Source: Octopus vulgaris
Lineage: Eukaryota
Assembly (NCBI GenBank): GCA_951406725.2
Contig: OX597829.1
Coordinates: 52,018,001 to 52,082,000 of the forward strand
Length of the DNA stretch: 64,000 nt
Direction of reading: 5' to 3'
The notes under the pieces are model-generated. The model ran no database searches. It saw nothing but the letters and a program-made list of their open reading frames with translations, and was not told the origin of the DNA. This document shows positions 37,591 to 49,874 of the stretch, one piece after another. The position numbers and the translations under genes are program-made. Numbering within the stretch: position 1 is the stretch's first letter; each line of letters starts with the position of its first letter.

Positions 37591-40500
37591 CCTCATTATT
37601 ATCATTTGACATCCGCTTTCCATGCTGGCATGGGTTGGACGATTTGATTGAGGACTGGTGAACCACATGGCTGCACCAGGCTCCAATCTTGATCTGGCAG
37701 AGTTTCTACAGCTGGATGCCCTTCCTAATGCCAACCACTTTACAGAGTGTAGTGGGTGCTTTTACGTGTCACTGGCACGAGGGCCAATCAGGTGGTACTG
37801 GCAACGGCCACGCTCAAATGGTGCTTTTTATGTGCCATCTGCACAGGAGCCAGTCCTGTGGCACTGGCAACGACATCGCTCAAATGTTTTTTCACATGCC
37901 ACCAGCACAAGTGCCAGTAAGGTGATGCAGGTAACAATCAAACTCGAATGGTGCATTTTATGTATCATCGGCATGGAGGCCAGTTAGCTGCTTTGGCAAC
38001 GATCTTACTTGGATGGTACTCTTAGCGCTCCACTAGCATGGATGCCAGTCATCGAATTTGATTTTGTTTTAGAGCTAGCTTGCCCCGTGCCATCAAAAAT
38101 AACAATTGATTGTTGTATTTTATAAATATCATTGGTAAATCAAATTAATACACTTGTCAATGTTATCTCGTGGTTGTCTTTCATCGATCATCATTTGTTA
38201 CTAGTTCACACATACAAACATTCGCATACATTCCCTTGTACACGTGCACACGCACACACACCTCACTTTTACATACACACACATATACTCATACAGAGTT
38301 GAAAAGCTGTTTGATTTTTTCTTTTTTCACCCCTTCTTTTCTTATTCATTTCATTCATATGTTGTGACGGAGGAAAACACAAGAGTATTATTATAGTAGA
38401 TGATATTGTAAGCTAAGTGTGAGAGGCTATATCTGGTCAGTTTGAAGATAAAATAGATTATTTTGGCCAGATACGGCTAGTTTAAATGCTAAATGGCTAA
38501 CATTAGGTATTTTACTCTTTAAACACACTCCTTTTTAGGGGTCTATTATAAAACGATGCAGTTTGATCAAATATTGTTCTATGAAAGGTTCTTAATAATT
38601 GATATCATTAGTATCAATTATGTTTTCAAGAGTGCTAGAGATTTTTTTAATGATGAAAATAATTTAACATTCCTGTTTATATACAGGCATGACTGTAAGG
38701 AGTTTGTTTCCCAACCATAAGGCTTTCGGTTCAATCCCACTTGGGTAGAACTTTGGGCAAGTGTCTTTTACTATAGCATTGAGTTGACCAAAGCCATGAG
38801 TGGATTTGATAGATGGAAACTAAAAACCACTTGTCACCAACACGGATGCTGCCTGACTGGCTTCCATGCCGGTGGCACGTAAAAAGCACCAACCAATCAT
38901 GGCCGTTTGCCAGCCTCCTCTGGCCTCTGTGGCGGTGGCACATAAAAAGAACCCACTACACTCACGGAGTGGTTGGCATTAGGAAGGGCATCCAGCTGTA
39001 GAAACACTGCCTGATCAGACTGGAGCCTGGTGCAGCCTCCTGGCTTCCCAGACCCTGGTTGAACCGTCCAACCCATGCTAGCATGGAAAACGGACGTTAA
39101 ATGATGATGATGTATATACATATAAATGCATGTGTGTGTGTGTTACTGTCTCCATGGCTCAACATCACACAATTGTACATAAGTGCCACCATTGTGCAAG
39201 TGTGTTCTGCATTTCCAATCTATGAAGGAAATATCTGCTCATGAGGAAATACTACCTTGCTTAGAAACAAGTGAGGTTGGCAGCCAGAGGGGCATCCAGC
39301 TATGGAAAATTCATTTCAACAAAATTCTTTCCAACCCATGGAAAAATGGATGTTAAAATGATGATGATGATGATAGGAATAATATTTTACTGTTCTTTTG
39401 CATGTTTCAGTCATTTGACTGCGGCCATGCCTTAAAACTGTTTGACTCATAGAAATCGATCCCAAGACTTATTCTTTGTAAACCTAGTACTTATTCTATC
39501 AGTTCCTTTTTCTGAACTGCTATGTCAAGGAGACATAAACACACCAACATTGGTTGTCAAGCGATGGCGGGGAAACAAACCTAAGACACACACACAAACA
39601 CACACATATATACATACATACATACATACATATTCAACTATGTTTAAGTTTATATTACAACAAGGACTATGGGATCCAACCCTCCCCTCTATCCCCAGAA
39701 AAAAAACTTCCCTGGACAAAACCTCTGTGACTATTTTCTGTAACTTTATTGCCATTACTTTTTTCCCTGTGACTTTTTTTACCTGGATTCTATTATTTAA
39801 GCTTATGTCGATTCCTCTGTGTTGTTTGGCATTTAAAATAAAATAAACATATACAAATTATAAAAATAAAAAATAAATATATACAGTGCAGTACTGTTTC
39901 TACTTTGCAGTGGTGGGGGGACATAACAACTGCAATAGTCGAGGGATTACTATACATACATTTTAATGTATCTTGCTTCAGTTATATGCCTCTGTCACAA
40001 AGTTAATAAGAGTTTAAGATAGGTAGGACAGTTAAGTACTTTGATGAAGGGTTCTGTCGAAAGTTTTAGACTTCCCCTCTTTCTCAAAGCAAATAATTAT
40101 TTCTTCCTTGGGAAAATTTTATACGTACTATACAGGGCTGGCCCTAGGGTTGCTGGTGCTAGGGCAGGCTGAAATTCAGCATGTACAAGCTGACGGTCAT
40201 GGAAATTTCCCTGACTTTGCCACACTCATCTTGGTGCCCCATAGCACATGGCACCCTGGGCGTCTGACCAAGTTGGCAGTATCTTGAGCCAGACCTGATA
40301 TTATGTTCAAAGGCAGACTATAACTGGTTATTTTGTATTCTACAACTTCACAAAAGATATTGGTTTCAAATTTTGGCACAAGTGGGCTAAGTTGATTATA
40401 GTGATCCCAGTGCTTAACTGGGGTCACTATAATGGATGAAAGGCTAAGTCGACCTTGGTAGAATTAGAACTGAGAATATCAAGACAACTTCACAAAAAAT

Positions 40501-40899
40501 ATTAGTTAATTTATCATTTACAAAGAAAATAAGTCACCGTGACCTATTAAATTTCTGACAGAAAATAAGTAAACAAGAATATTTTTTGTGGATAAAATTA
40601 AAAATTTTTTAAGACATATATAAAAAAAAATAGAAAAACCCCAAAAAGGAATAGAATTTTTTTTTCAGGTTTATGTTTTCTATCAAGACACTATTTATTC
40701 AAGTAAAGAGAATGGCTTTCTAGAAATGGCTTGTATGTTTGGTTTGTTTGTAACATATTTCTACTTTTTGTCCTTTATCTAATGGAAATATCTTAAATTT
40801 ACTATTTTTTTGCAAATATTAAATTTGATTAGAATATTATAATGTAAATGTTTTAATACTGGCATAGAATCAACTGCTACTAAGGACCTTCAACATTTT

Positions 40900-42225
40900 C
40901 TTGAAGAGGAATCAACCAACATGGTTACAGCCAGTCACATGATAACCTATAAATCAAGTGACCATGTTATTCAGATTGACAACATTCTCAACAGAAAGTG
41001 AGATACATGTTTGCCCATAAATGCAACAACTTTCCTTGGTGAAGAATGTACCTCTTAGCATAGGTTAGTCATTATCGACTTCTGACTTCAAGCTAGGAGG
41101 ATTCCAAGAAGCAGGCCAGTTTGGAAAAGAAGGGTCTGAATGCTTATGGATCCTTTGAATAGTTAATGACTTAGAGATGCCTTAACTGAGGCATTTAATA
41201 AGGAGGAAGGGCTACAGACTTGTGACATAGAGGGTAACTGAGAGTTCCTATGGGACAACTTTCTGAGTACCACTAACCAAATCTGTGCTGGTGCAAAGTC
41301 CCAATCAGACCTAGGGTGATGTGGTGGTCATACAGTGTAGTAGACAGGACCATCAGAGGAAAGAAACAAGCCTGGGAGGACTGGAAGTATGGTGGTAGCA
41401 TTTCGGGTAGCTAAGGGAGAAGCAGAAAGGAGAAAGTTTGTCAATGTCCTGCAGCATGAGGACCAGAGACTTGAGATGTTTCGGATGGTAAGACAGTGTG
41501 TCAGAGAGAATCGTGGTGCTGTAGGAGAGAAGTGTGTTCACATGGATGATTGTTCATATGCAGTTAGAAATTCTGCAAAGGAGAGAGCCTGCCTAATATG
41601 AACCCACTGTCAATTCACATAGGCAGTCTATGTGAATTGACAGTGGCTTAGTAGATAAAGCAATTCAGGATAAGACAGGGAAAGCCTCTGGCCCATCAGG
41701 TACCACTGCTGAGATGCTTAAAATATCTGGTGGAGTGGGATATAGTCTAGTCACTCACATACTTAATCAAGTTGTCTACGAGGGAGTCACCCAGCAACTG
41801 GTGTAGCAGCAAGCAGCATTATAGTTAACTGTTATAAAGGTAAAGGTGATGCCTTAGACAAAAATTACAGAGGCATCAAATTGCTGGACCAGGTCATGAA
41901 AGTTACGGAGAGTGTTATAACTCAATTAATTAGAAAGTTAACCTGGATGAGATGCAACTTGCTTTTGAGCCAGGAAGAAGCATAACTGATGCTATCTTCC
42001 TGGTGAGGCAACAGCAGGAAAAGTATTTAAACAAAATAATTTTCCTCTGTATTTAGCTTTTGTTGACATGGAGAAAGCCTTTGACAGGTCCCTTGCTCCC
42101 TTATCTGGTGCTCAATGCAGAAGCTAGGGATAGATAAATAGTGAGTGAGAGCTGTACAAGCCAAGGAGTTCACCAGGGATTCGTTCTCATAGTTCTTCAG
42201 GTCATAACAGAGGAATTTAAGACTC
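40900..42225 (+). mobile_element. Decayed RTE LINE (endonuclease end to RT)
   Basis: NYRGIKLLDQVMKV and LAFVDMEKAFDR; homologous to 28090-28450 in the opposite orientation. Confidence 0.85.
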
Positions 42226-43284
42226 GCTTGACAACCAATGCTGGTGTGTTCATGTCCCTGTAACCTAGCAGTTCGGTAAAAGAGACTGATAGAATAATTA
42301 CTAGGCTTACAAAGAATAAGTCCTAGGGTTGATTTCTTCCACTATAACCCTTTAAGGTGGTGCTCCAGTATGGCCACAGTCAAATGACTGAAACAAGTAA
42401 AAGAATACTGATACTGATATATCATATATACTATTATCATTGTTATAGGATTGGACTAAATGCCTTGTGGTATTTGTTTGGTTCTTTGCTTTCTGAGTTC
42501 AAATCTCACCATTGTCTACTTGAATGATAGGTTTCATCTGGCACCCAGTTTAACACAACCACCACCTGGTACTCAAATCTTTTAGTATTTAACCCAACTA
42601 AAAATGGGTCCAAATATTCTACCAGTGTTATGATCATACAGATCAAATCTAGCTTCTCACACCTACCCTACAATGTCATTCAAAAGATAAACAATTACAT
42701 CATTGAAATTTCTAAGTTATGAGATAATGCATGATTAGTTCAAAACAATATTTGACAGAGAAATCTGAATGCTAAAGGGTTAAGTGCCTTTAACTGACTC
42801 CCCTCCACCTTGTTGTGAGTATTCAGGTCACGTTTTCCATTTGCAGATACCTTCCTTCATCTTTCGCTCCAACCAATTACAGAGAAACTGTAAAAGGTCA
42901 TGGACACTGTTTTCCCCACCCCTGATAAAAGCAAATAAAGGAAAGTGAAATACAAAATTGTGATTCAACTTTTTGGTAACTTATTCAGGTAATGTTCATA
43001 TGAAAATCAGCGCGGTCAATCATCAGTCATATTATAAAATGACCAACAACAATGAGCCTGAGTCTGGTTATACTAATCCATATGGATTGACATCACTGTG
43101 TACTGATAGAAATTACAGATATCCACTTACTTTGAATTTGCTTCTCAAAGCTTTCCAGAAACAGGGAAACGTGAAGTAGAAAATTTGGATAAACAACTAA
43201 ACTAAGCAAAACATATTGAGTTTCTCATTTTCTCACATTTGTACATCCAAACACATACTTGTATTAATAAATTTATTTATTTAC

Positions 43285-43368
43285 CTCTTCCTCTTTCCGG
43301 AGTCTCTCTGTGGAATTCCTTTCCTTCTCCATTAAAGCATTCATTTTAAATTGATAGTTCTTTTCCAG
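43285..43368 (-). CDS. OFD1: OFD1 exon (84 nt)
   Basis: tttcag|CTG...GAAGAG|gtaaat; LEKNYQFKMNALMEKERNSTERLRKEEE. Confidence 0.9.
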
Positions 43369-43391
43369 CTGAAAAAAAATGCGTGTGTTTG

Positions 43392-43435
<44 letters not shown>

Positions 43436-43439
<4 letters not shown>

Positions 43440-44006
43440 AGGGTGAGTCAAAAAGTAATGCCATTTTGTTTAGGACAGGTATAATTACCAACACAAGAAC
43501 ATGTATCATACATCTAAATGAAGCTGGTCCTCTGTGGATTACATCCCTACTTCTCAACATAGTCACCATTTCTCTCAATAGCAATGTTCCACCTTCGAAT
43601 GAGAGAGCATGTATCCCTGCCCTGTAAAATTCTGTTGGCTGTTCTTTGCGCCACTTCAATATAGTTTTCACTTCCTTGTCACTGGAATAATGTTTGCCTC
43701 TCAAAACCTCTTTCATGTGGCCGAAGAGATGATAGTCTGAAGGCGCTAAATTATTCCAGTGATGAGGAAGTGAAAACTGTAGTGAAGAAGTGGCTCAAAG
43801 AACAGTCAACAGAATTTTAATGGGCAGGGATACATGCTCTCATTCAAAGATGGAACATTGCTATTGAGAGAAATGGTGACTATGTTGAGAAGTAGGGATG
43901 TGATCCACAGAGGACCAGCTACATTTTGATGTATGATACATGTTCCTGTGTTGGTAATTATACTTGTCCTAAACCAAATGGAATTACTTTTTGACTCACC
44001 CTCTTA
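43436..44006. mobile_element. Mariner-derived fold-back element made of two inverted 3' ends
   Basis: TA-flanked TIR agggtgagtcaaaaagtaat; both arms encode the transposase C-terminus (SDYHLFGHMKEVLRGKHYSSD...NGDYVEK). Confidence 0.85.
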
Positions 44007-44207
44007 TATACTGGCATCAGGAAGGGCATTCAGTTATAGAAACTAAACAAAAGCAGACTGGAACCTGGTGCAATTCTCTGGTCAAACTAGCATGGAATAT
44101 GGACATTAAAAGATGATGATATTGCTAACGCTTGTTCTTATGTTTAGTTATAATAAAAATAATTTTACATTAATCTGATGGATTATTCTATACATATGGA
44201 GAGTACA

Positions 44208-44765
44208 AGTTTATTCTTAAAAAAAAAATATTGCTGACAATATTTCGAAGTTTTGGCTAGTTAAGCTACTGCCAGTTAGCCGATGACGGCTTAATTGGGC
44301 CAAACTTCAAAGTCACTGTCAACAATATTCTTGTTTAAGAATAAACATATAAATGTATATTAGAAATGATAATAAACACAAGTTTATATCATTCGTTCCC
44401 TACACATGTTTCACCATTGTGGTGGTTTGGAATCTCTGCAGTGGATGTCCCATTACAATTAGATGCTTAACCACAATGGGTCATCAGCAGAACGCTTTAT
44501 TGCATTATGTTACACAGAGATCAAATGTCTCATTAGAGACATGAGATCTCTGGAACCACCAACACTGTTGTACCAAATAACCATAATGGTGAAATATACA
44601 TAGGAACAAACGATAGAAACTTGTTTCTCATAATGTCTCCTACATTTGTTCTGTATATCATAGCCAGTAACACTACTAAGTGTAATATTAATCAAACCAC
44701 TACACCAGAAGCAGTCTGGGTGGTGATAATCTACAGAGAGCTCTAATCTCAACAGAAGCAGTTGT
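44208..44765. mobile_element. Probable Penelope-like element relic
   Basis: Fold-back at 44208-44347 with hammerhead-like remnants, a second remnant at 44434-44492 (minus), and GEIYIGT (GIY-YIG-like) at about 44588-44608. Confidence 0.4.
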
Positions 44766-45153
44766 ACATCTAATTATATACACAAGATATACTAATATAC
44801 TATATGTATAAATGAAAGATGGAAAGATGATAACGATGATGATGATGATGGGGTTGACAATGATAACATACAATTATTGTAATTTTTATAAACTGTTATA
44901 AGGTTTATCGCATTACTGTCACAGAAATTATCAGAATCTATAACTGTTACGGTAATTTTTATAGTAATGCATAATTATCTTAATAATGTGTGTAGTTCTG
45001 TGATGCAAATGGCCTAACTATTTACAGCTGTGAGCTGTTGTGCTGGGGAAAATCCTTCCAACCCATTCCAGCATGGGTAAAATAAATGTAAAATGGTGAT
45101 GATGTTGATAATGATGATGATGACAATGATTCTACAACACCACAGTCTCTTAC

Positions 45154-45243
45154 CTCTTGCCGCACTTTTTCCAGTTCTTTTCTGGAGGCTTCTTTTTCCG
45201 CAAGCCTTAATTTTGCCAAATCATTGTCTTTCATTCTTGACAG
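45154..45243 (-). CDS. OFD1: OFD1 exon (90 nt)
   Basis: ttacag|CTG...CAAGAG|gtaaga; LSRMKDNDLAKLRLAEKEASRKELEKVRQE. Confidence 0.9.
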
Positions 45244-46310
45244 CTGTAATTAAAAAAAAGAGTGATGGCTTGATGGTCTGTTCCATAACATAACGATGTG
45301 TTGCTCAGCCTTATAAACCTACCTATATGACGGTCAGAGCTATTTGTGATGGTCAAGTCTCTCAACATCTATCAATCTCTCTGTTAGTCTTATAACTTAC
45401 TAATATGATGGTCAGCACTAAGGCAGTGATCTGGCAGAATTGTTAGCTCACCAGGCAAAATGCTTAGCAGCATTTCGTCTGTCTTTATGTTCTGAGTTCA
45501 AGTGCTGCCGGAGTCAACTTTGCCTTTCGTCAGTTCAGGGTCAATAACAATAAGCACCAGTTGAACACCAGCAGCGGTGTAATTGACTGACCCCTTCCTT
45601 TGAAATTGCTGTCCTTGTGTCAGGATCTGAAACCAATATGAAGGCCAAACCTATTGAATGTGATGGTCATTCAAACAGCCTACTGATGAATAAATATATA
45701 AGGTAGCCTTTACATGGTTGCTCAAAATGCTAGAAATAATAGTAAATTATCTCCCAAATCCCACTCTCTAATTTAAACCAAAGGGCACATTGAATAATGT
45801 TATCTTAGGAATACTATGTGTGAAAAAAGAAAAAAAGAATGATGCCGGTTGGAACTCTTTTAATCATTGGTTTTCTCAGTACTCAACTGGTACTTATTTT
45901 ATCAACCCCATAAGGATTATCATAATTAATTGTTACAAAGTCAACCTCAGTGGAATTTGAACTCCAAATGTAGCAACAGGCAAAATACTACAAAGCATTT
46001 TGCCCAGCATGCTAACAATTCTGCCAGCTCACTGCCTTTGACTTTCTTATAATAACCCTTTTTACTATAGGCACAAAACCTTAAATTTTGGGGTAGGGAA
46101 CTAGTTGATTACATCAACCCCAGTGCATAGCTGGTACTTAATTTATTAACTCTGGAAGGATGAAAGGCAAAGTCCACCTAGGTGGAATCTGAAATGTAGC
46201 AACAGGCAAAATACCACTAAGCATTTTGTTCAGCAAGCTAACAATTCAGCCAGCTCACTGCCTTCGATTTTCTTATAATAATAATAATAATAATAATATA
46301 ACAACATATA

Positions 46311-46745
46311 GGCGCAGGAGTGGCTGTGTGGTAAGTAGCTTGCTAACCAACCACATGGTTCTGGGTTCAGTCCCACTGCGTGGCACCTTGGGCAAGTGTT
46401 TACTACTATAGTCTCGGGCTGACCAAAGCCTTGTGAATGGATTTGGTAGATGGAAACTGAAAGAAGCCTGTCGTATATATATGTGTGTGTGTGTGTGTAT
46501 GTATATATATGTTTGTGTGTGTGTGTGTGTGTATACGTTTGTGTGTCTGTGTTTGTCGCCCCCAACATCGCTTGACAACCGATGCTGGTGTGTTTACGTC
46601 CCCGTAACTTAGCGGTTCGGCAGAACAGACCGATAGAATAAGTACTAGGCTTACAAAGAATAAGTCCTGGGGTCAATTTCCTCGACTAAAGGCGGTGCTC
46701 CGGCATGGCCACAGTCAATTCACTGAAACAAGTAAAAGAGTAAAA
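46311..46745 (+). mobile_element. tRNA-derived SINE, full length
   Basis: Same family as 4862-5292; ends about 35 bp from an OFD1 donor site. Confidence 0.85.
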
Positions 46746-46780
46746 GGTAAACAACGTAATATATTAAATTTCTACATTAC

Positions 46781-46923
46781 CTCCAATTGTAACTCTGTTT
46801 GATATCTTTCTTCGAGTTTCTTTTGAAGCGATGAGAGTTTTTCTTCCACTCCAAAAATTGCCTTTTGATAATGTTCCTCTTTCTTGTCCATATATATTTT
46901 TTCAACCCCGTTTAATTTTGCAT
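46781..46923 (-). CDS. OFD1: OFD1 exon (143 nt)
   Basis: tttcag|ATGCA...TTGGAG|gtaatg; DAKLNGVEKIYMDKKEEHYQKAIFGVEEKLSSLQKKLEERYQTELQLE; phase 1/0. Confidence 0.9.
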
Positions 46924-47995
46924 CTGAAATTTGCACAGAAAAGATTTCCTGGTCATATTTTTATTATTGAATGTTATCTCATTACAAAAAACACAAACAA
47001 ATATATCATAGACACAATGTGGTTTGTGTGGTTAAGAAGTTGCTTCCCACTCATGGTTCAGTCCCACTGTGTGGCACCTTGGGCAAGTGTCTCTGCCTAT
47101 AGCCAGCCTCAGGCCAACCAAAGACTTGTGAATGAATTTGGTAGATGGAGACTGAAGGAAGCTCACTGTATGTGTATATATGTGTGTGTATGTATGTATA
47201 TATATATATACACACACACACATATATGCATATATATAGACACACACATACATATATAGACATACATATATGCATATATATATATGTATATATGTACATA
47301 TCTATGTGTGTGTGTTTTTGAGTTTGTTCCCTACTATCACATGGCAACAGGTGTTGGTTTGTTTACGTCCCTATGACTTAATGGTTCAGCAAAAAAAAAA
47401 AAAAGGACCCAAAGAATAAGAACCAGTCTTAAAAAATAATCAGTATTAGGATTGAATTCTTTGATTAAATACCCTTGAAGATGCTGCTCCAGCTTAGCCA
47501 CAGTCAAATGACTGAAACAAGTAAACGATAAAAGATAACGAGTTAAACAGACAATATAAAGAGACATGAGCTCGTCTTGTAATTAGATGATTTCATTTCA
47601 GTGTCCTTAATTACAGAAACCTTATTCGATAGTAATGAATTAGTGCTTTCTTTTACTTGTAACCGATATGCTCTAACAATTTTTCTATCTTTACAAAAAT
47701 TGATTTTTGAAAGCTCTAATAGTGCTGAAATATAACCAGACATTAACTTAACTCAAGTACTTAACATCTGTGAATTAGAGGATTAAAATTGTATTTTATC
47801 AATTTATCAACATGTAGATGTGGCTGTGTGGTAAGAAGTTTGCTTTCCAACCACATGGTTCCAAGTTCAGTCCTACTACATGGCACCTTGGGCATGTGTC
47901 TTCTGCTACATCCTTAACCAAAGCCTTGTGACTGGATTTGATGGATGGCAACTGAAAGAAGCCTGTTGTGTGTGTGAATGTATATGTGTGTATAT

Positions 47996-48533
47996 ACATA
48001 GGTTGGACAAAATAATGGAAACACCTTAAAAATTTCAAACAAATATATTTTAATATGGGGTAGTACCGCCTTTGGCAGTAATTACAGCTTGAATTCTACA
48101 AGGTATGCACTAGTACAAAGTTTGAATTGTTTCCAAAGGAATTTTTGTCCATTCTTCAGCTAAAACAGTCTCCAGTTCTTGTAGTGATGATGGTGGAGGA
48201 TATCAACTCCTTAATTATTTTTCTAAAATGCATCATAAATGTTCAATAATATTGAGATCTGGGGACTGTGGTGGCCAGAGAAGATGTTCACCTTCACTAG
48301 AATGTTCCTCGTGCCATTCAGTAACAACTTTAGCTGTGTGAATTGGTGCATTATCATCCTGAAAGATTGTGTTTCCCTTCAGAAACAGTTCCATAACCAT
48401 AGGATGAATTTGATGAGATAAAATGCTTAAATAGTCTTGACTATTAATTCTGCCATGAAGGAAACCCATTGGGCCAACAGTTTTCCAAGATATACCCTAC
48501 CCCACCGATCATCACAGATTCTCCTCCATGTTT
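47996..48533 (-). mobile_element. Tc1-like transposon 3' fragment
   Basis: IFQDDNAPIHTAK...WPPQSPDLNIIEHL (DD34E region); one TIR-like end tacataggttggacaaaataatggaaacacc. Confidence 0.9.
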
Positions 48534-48944
48534 AGGTTCAACAATTTATTTATACATATATTCTGCCATAGATCAATGCATAGCAGTCTTTAAAATAAAT
48601 CAATGTATCAGTCGTTAAAATATTAAAACATATTAAAAATTCACGAATGCACAAATATATAAAAATCTAATATACATACAAAAATAAATGAGCGTAAATA
48701 GGTTAGAATGTTGTTGTAAAAATTATTAAGAATAAAAGTATTCCCTTACAAAAAGGTGAATATAGTAGTCTTCTGAAGAGCGGATTGATCTATGGCAGAA
48801 TATATGTTTAAATAAATTGTTGAACCTATCTGAAATTGTCCCTTAAAATTTTTTTTATATTTTTGCGTCTCAGGTCTTTTATCTGAGCACTTCTGAGTAG
48901 TGCCTATACAATAAACAAAGAAACTTTACTATATATATATATAT

Positions 48945-49146
48945 AGTTAATCCCAAACATGAACAAGCAAGAAGAAACAACAACGTGAGGATGTGGAATA
49001 AGTACAGTGTTATTGAACGCTCAGGAAAGGAAGGAAAGAAAAAAGGACTTTCACGTTTCGAGCGGAGCTCTTCGTCAGAAATATAGAAAAAGTCCAAAAA
49101 AGAGAAGATGGAGAAAGAAAATTGCCAACAATACACACGCAGTCAT
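48945..49146 (-). mobile_element. Short microsatellite-embedded repeat with minimal hammerhead-like motif (Penelope pseudo-LTR-like)
   Basis: ttt-CTGACGA-A-gagc-tcc-gctc-GAAA-cgtg-aaag at 49047-49081; relatives at about 2875-3040 and 34478-34630. Confidence 0.55.
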
Positions 49147-49837
49147 GTATATATATTGTTCCCCACCACAACTTGACAAATGAGGTTGGTTTGTTTGCAT
49201 TGAGATTTATAGTGTTTAAAATATTTAGTGGTCAATCATCAGCCATGCCAGTTAATGTGTCCATGGTAGTTACCATTCAAATCTATACTGCAATATTATC
49301 AATATTATTTCAAGATGACATTCTTCTAATATTTTACTTACTAACCATGTATTTTGAAATGCTTTATTAGAACAGTAAAAATGGAAACAAAATATATATA
49401 TATAGTGGTAAGAAGCTTGCTTCCCAACCACATGGTTCTGGGTTTAGTCCCACTGCATGGCACCTTGGGCATGTGTCTGACCAAAGCCTTGAGTGGATTT
49501 GGTAGAGGGAAACTGAAAGAAGCCTGCTGTATGTATGTATATATATATATATATATATATATGCCAGTCTCCCACCGACTGGCTCCTGTGCCAGTGGCCT
49601 GTAAAAAGCACCATCTGAACATGGTTGATGCCACTGCCACCTGACTGGCTCCCGTGCCGGTGGAACATAAAAAGCACCCACTACACTCTTGTAGTGGTTG
49701 GCATTAGGAAGGGCATCCAGCTGTAGAAACTCTGTTAAATCAGATTGGAGCCTGGTGCAGCATACTGGCTTTTCAGATCTCAGTCAAACCGTCCAACCCA
49801 TGTCAGCATGGAAAACGGACGTTAAACGATGATAATG

Positions 49838-49874
<37 letters not shown>

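Noticed and set aside
48770-48840. CTGAAGAG...GAAA hammerhead candidate within inverted repeat 48534-48828
   Set aside because: No convincing stems I-III could be drawn.
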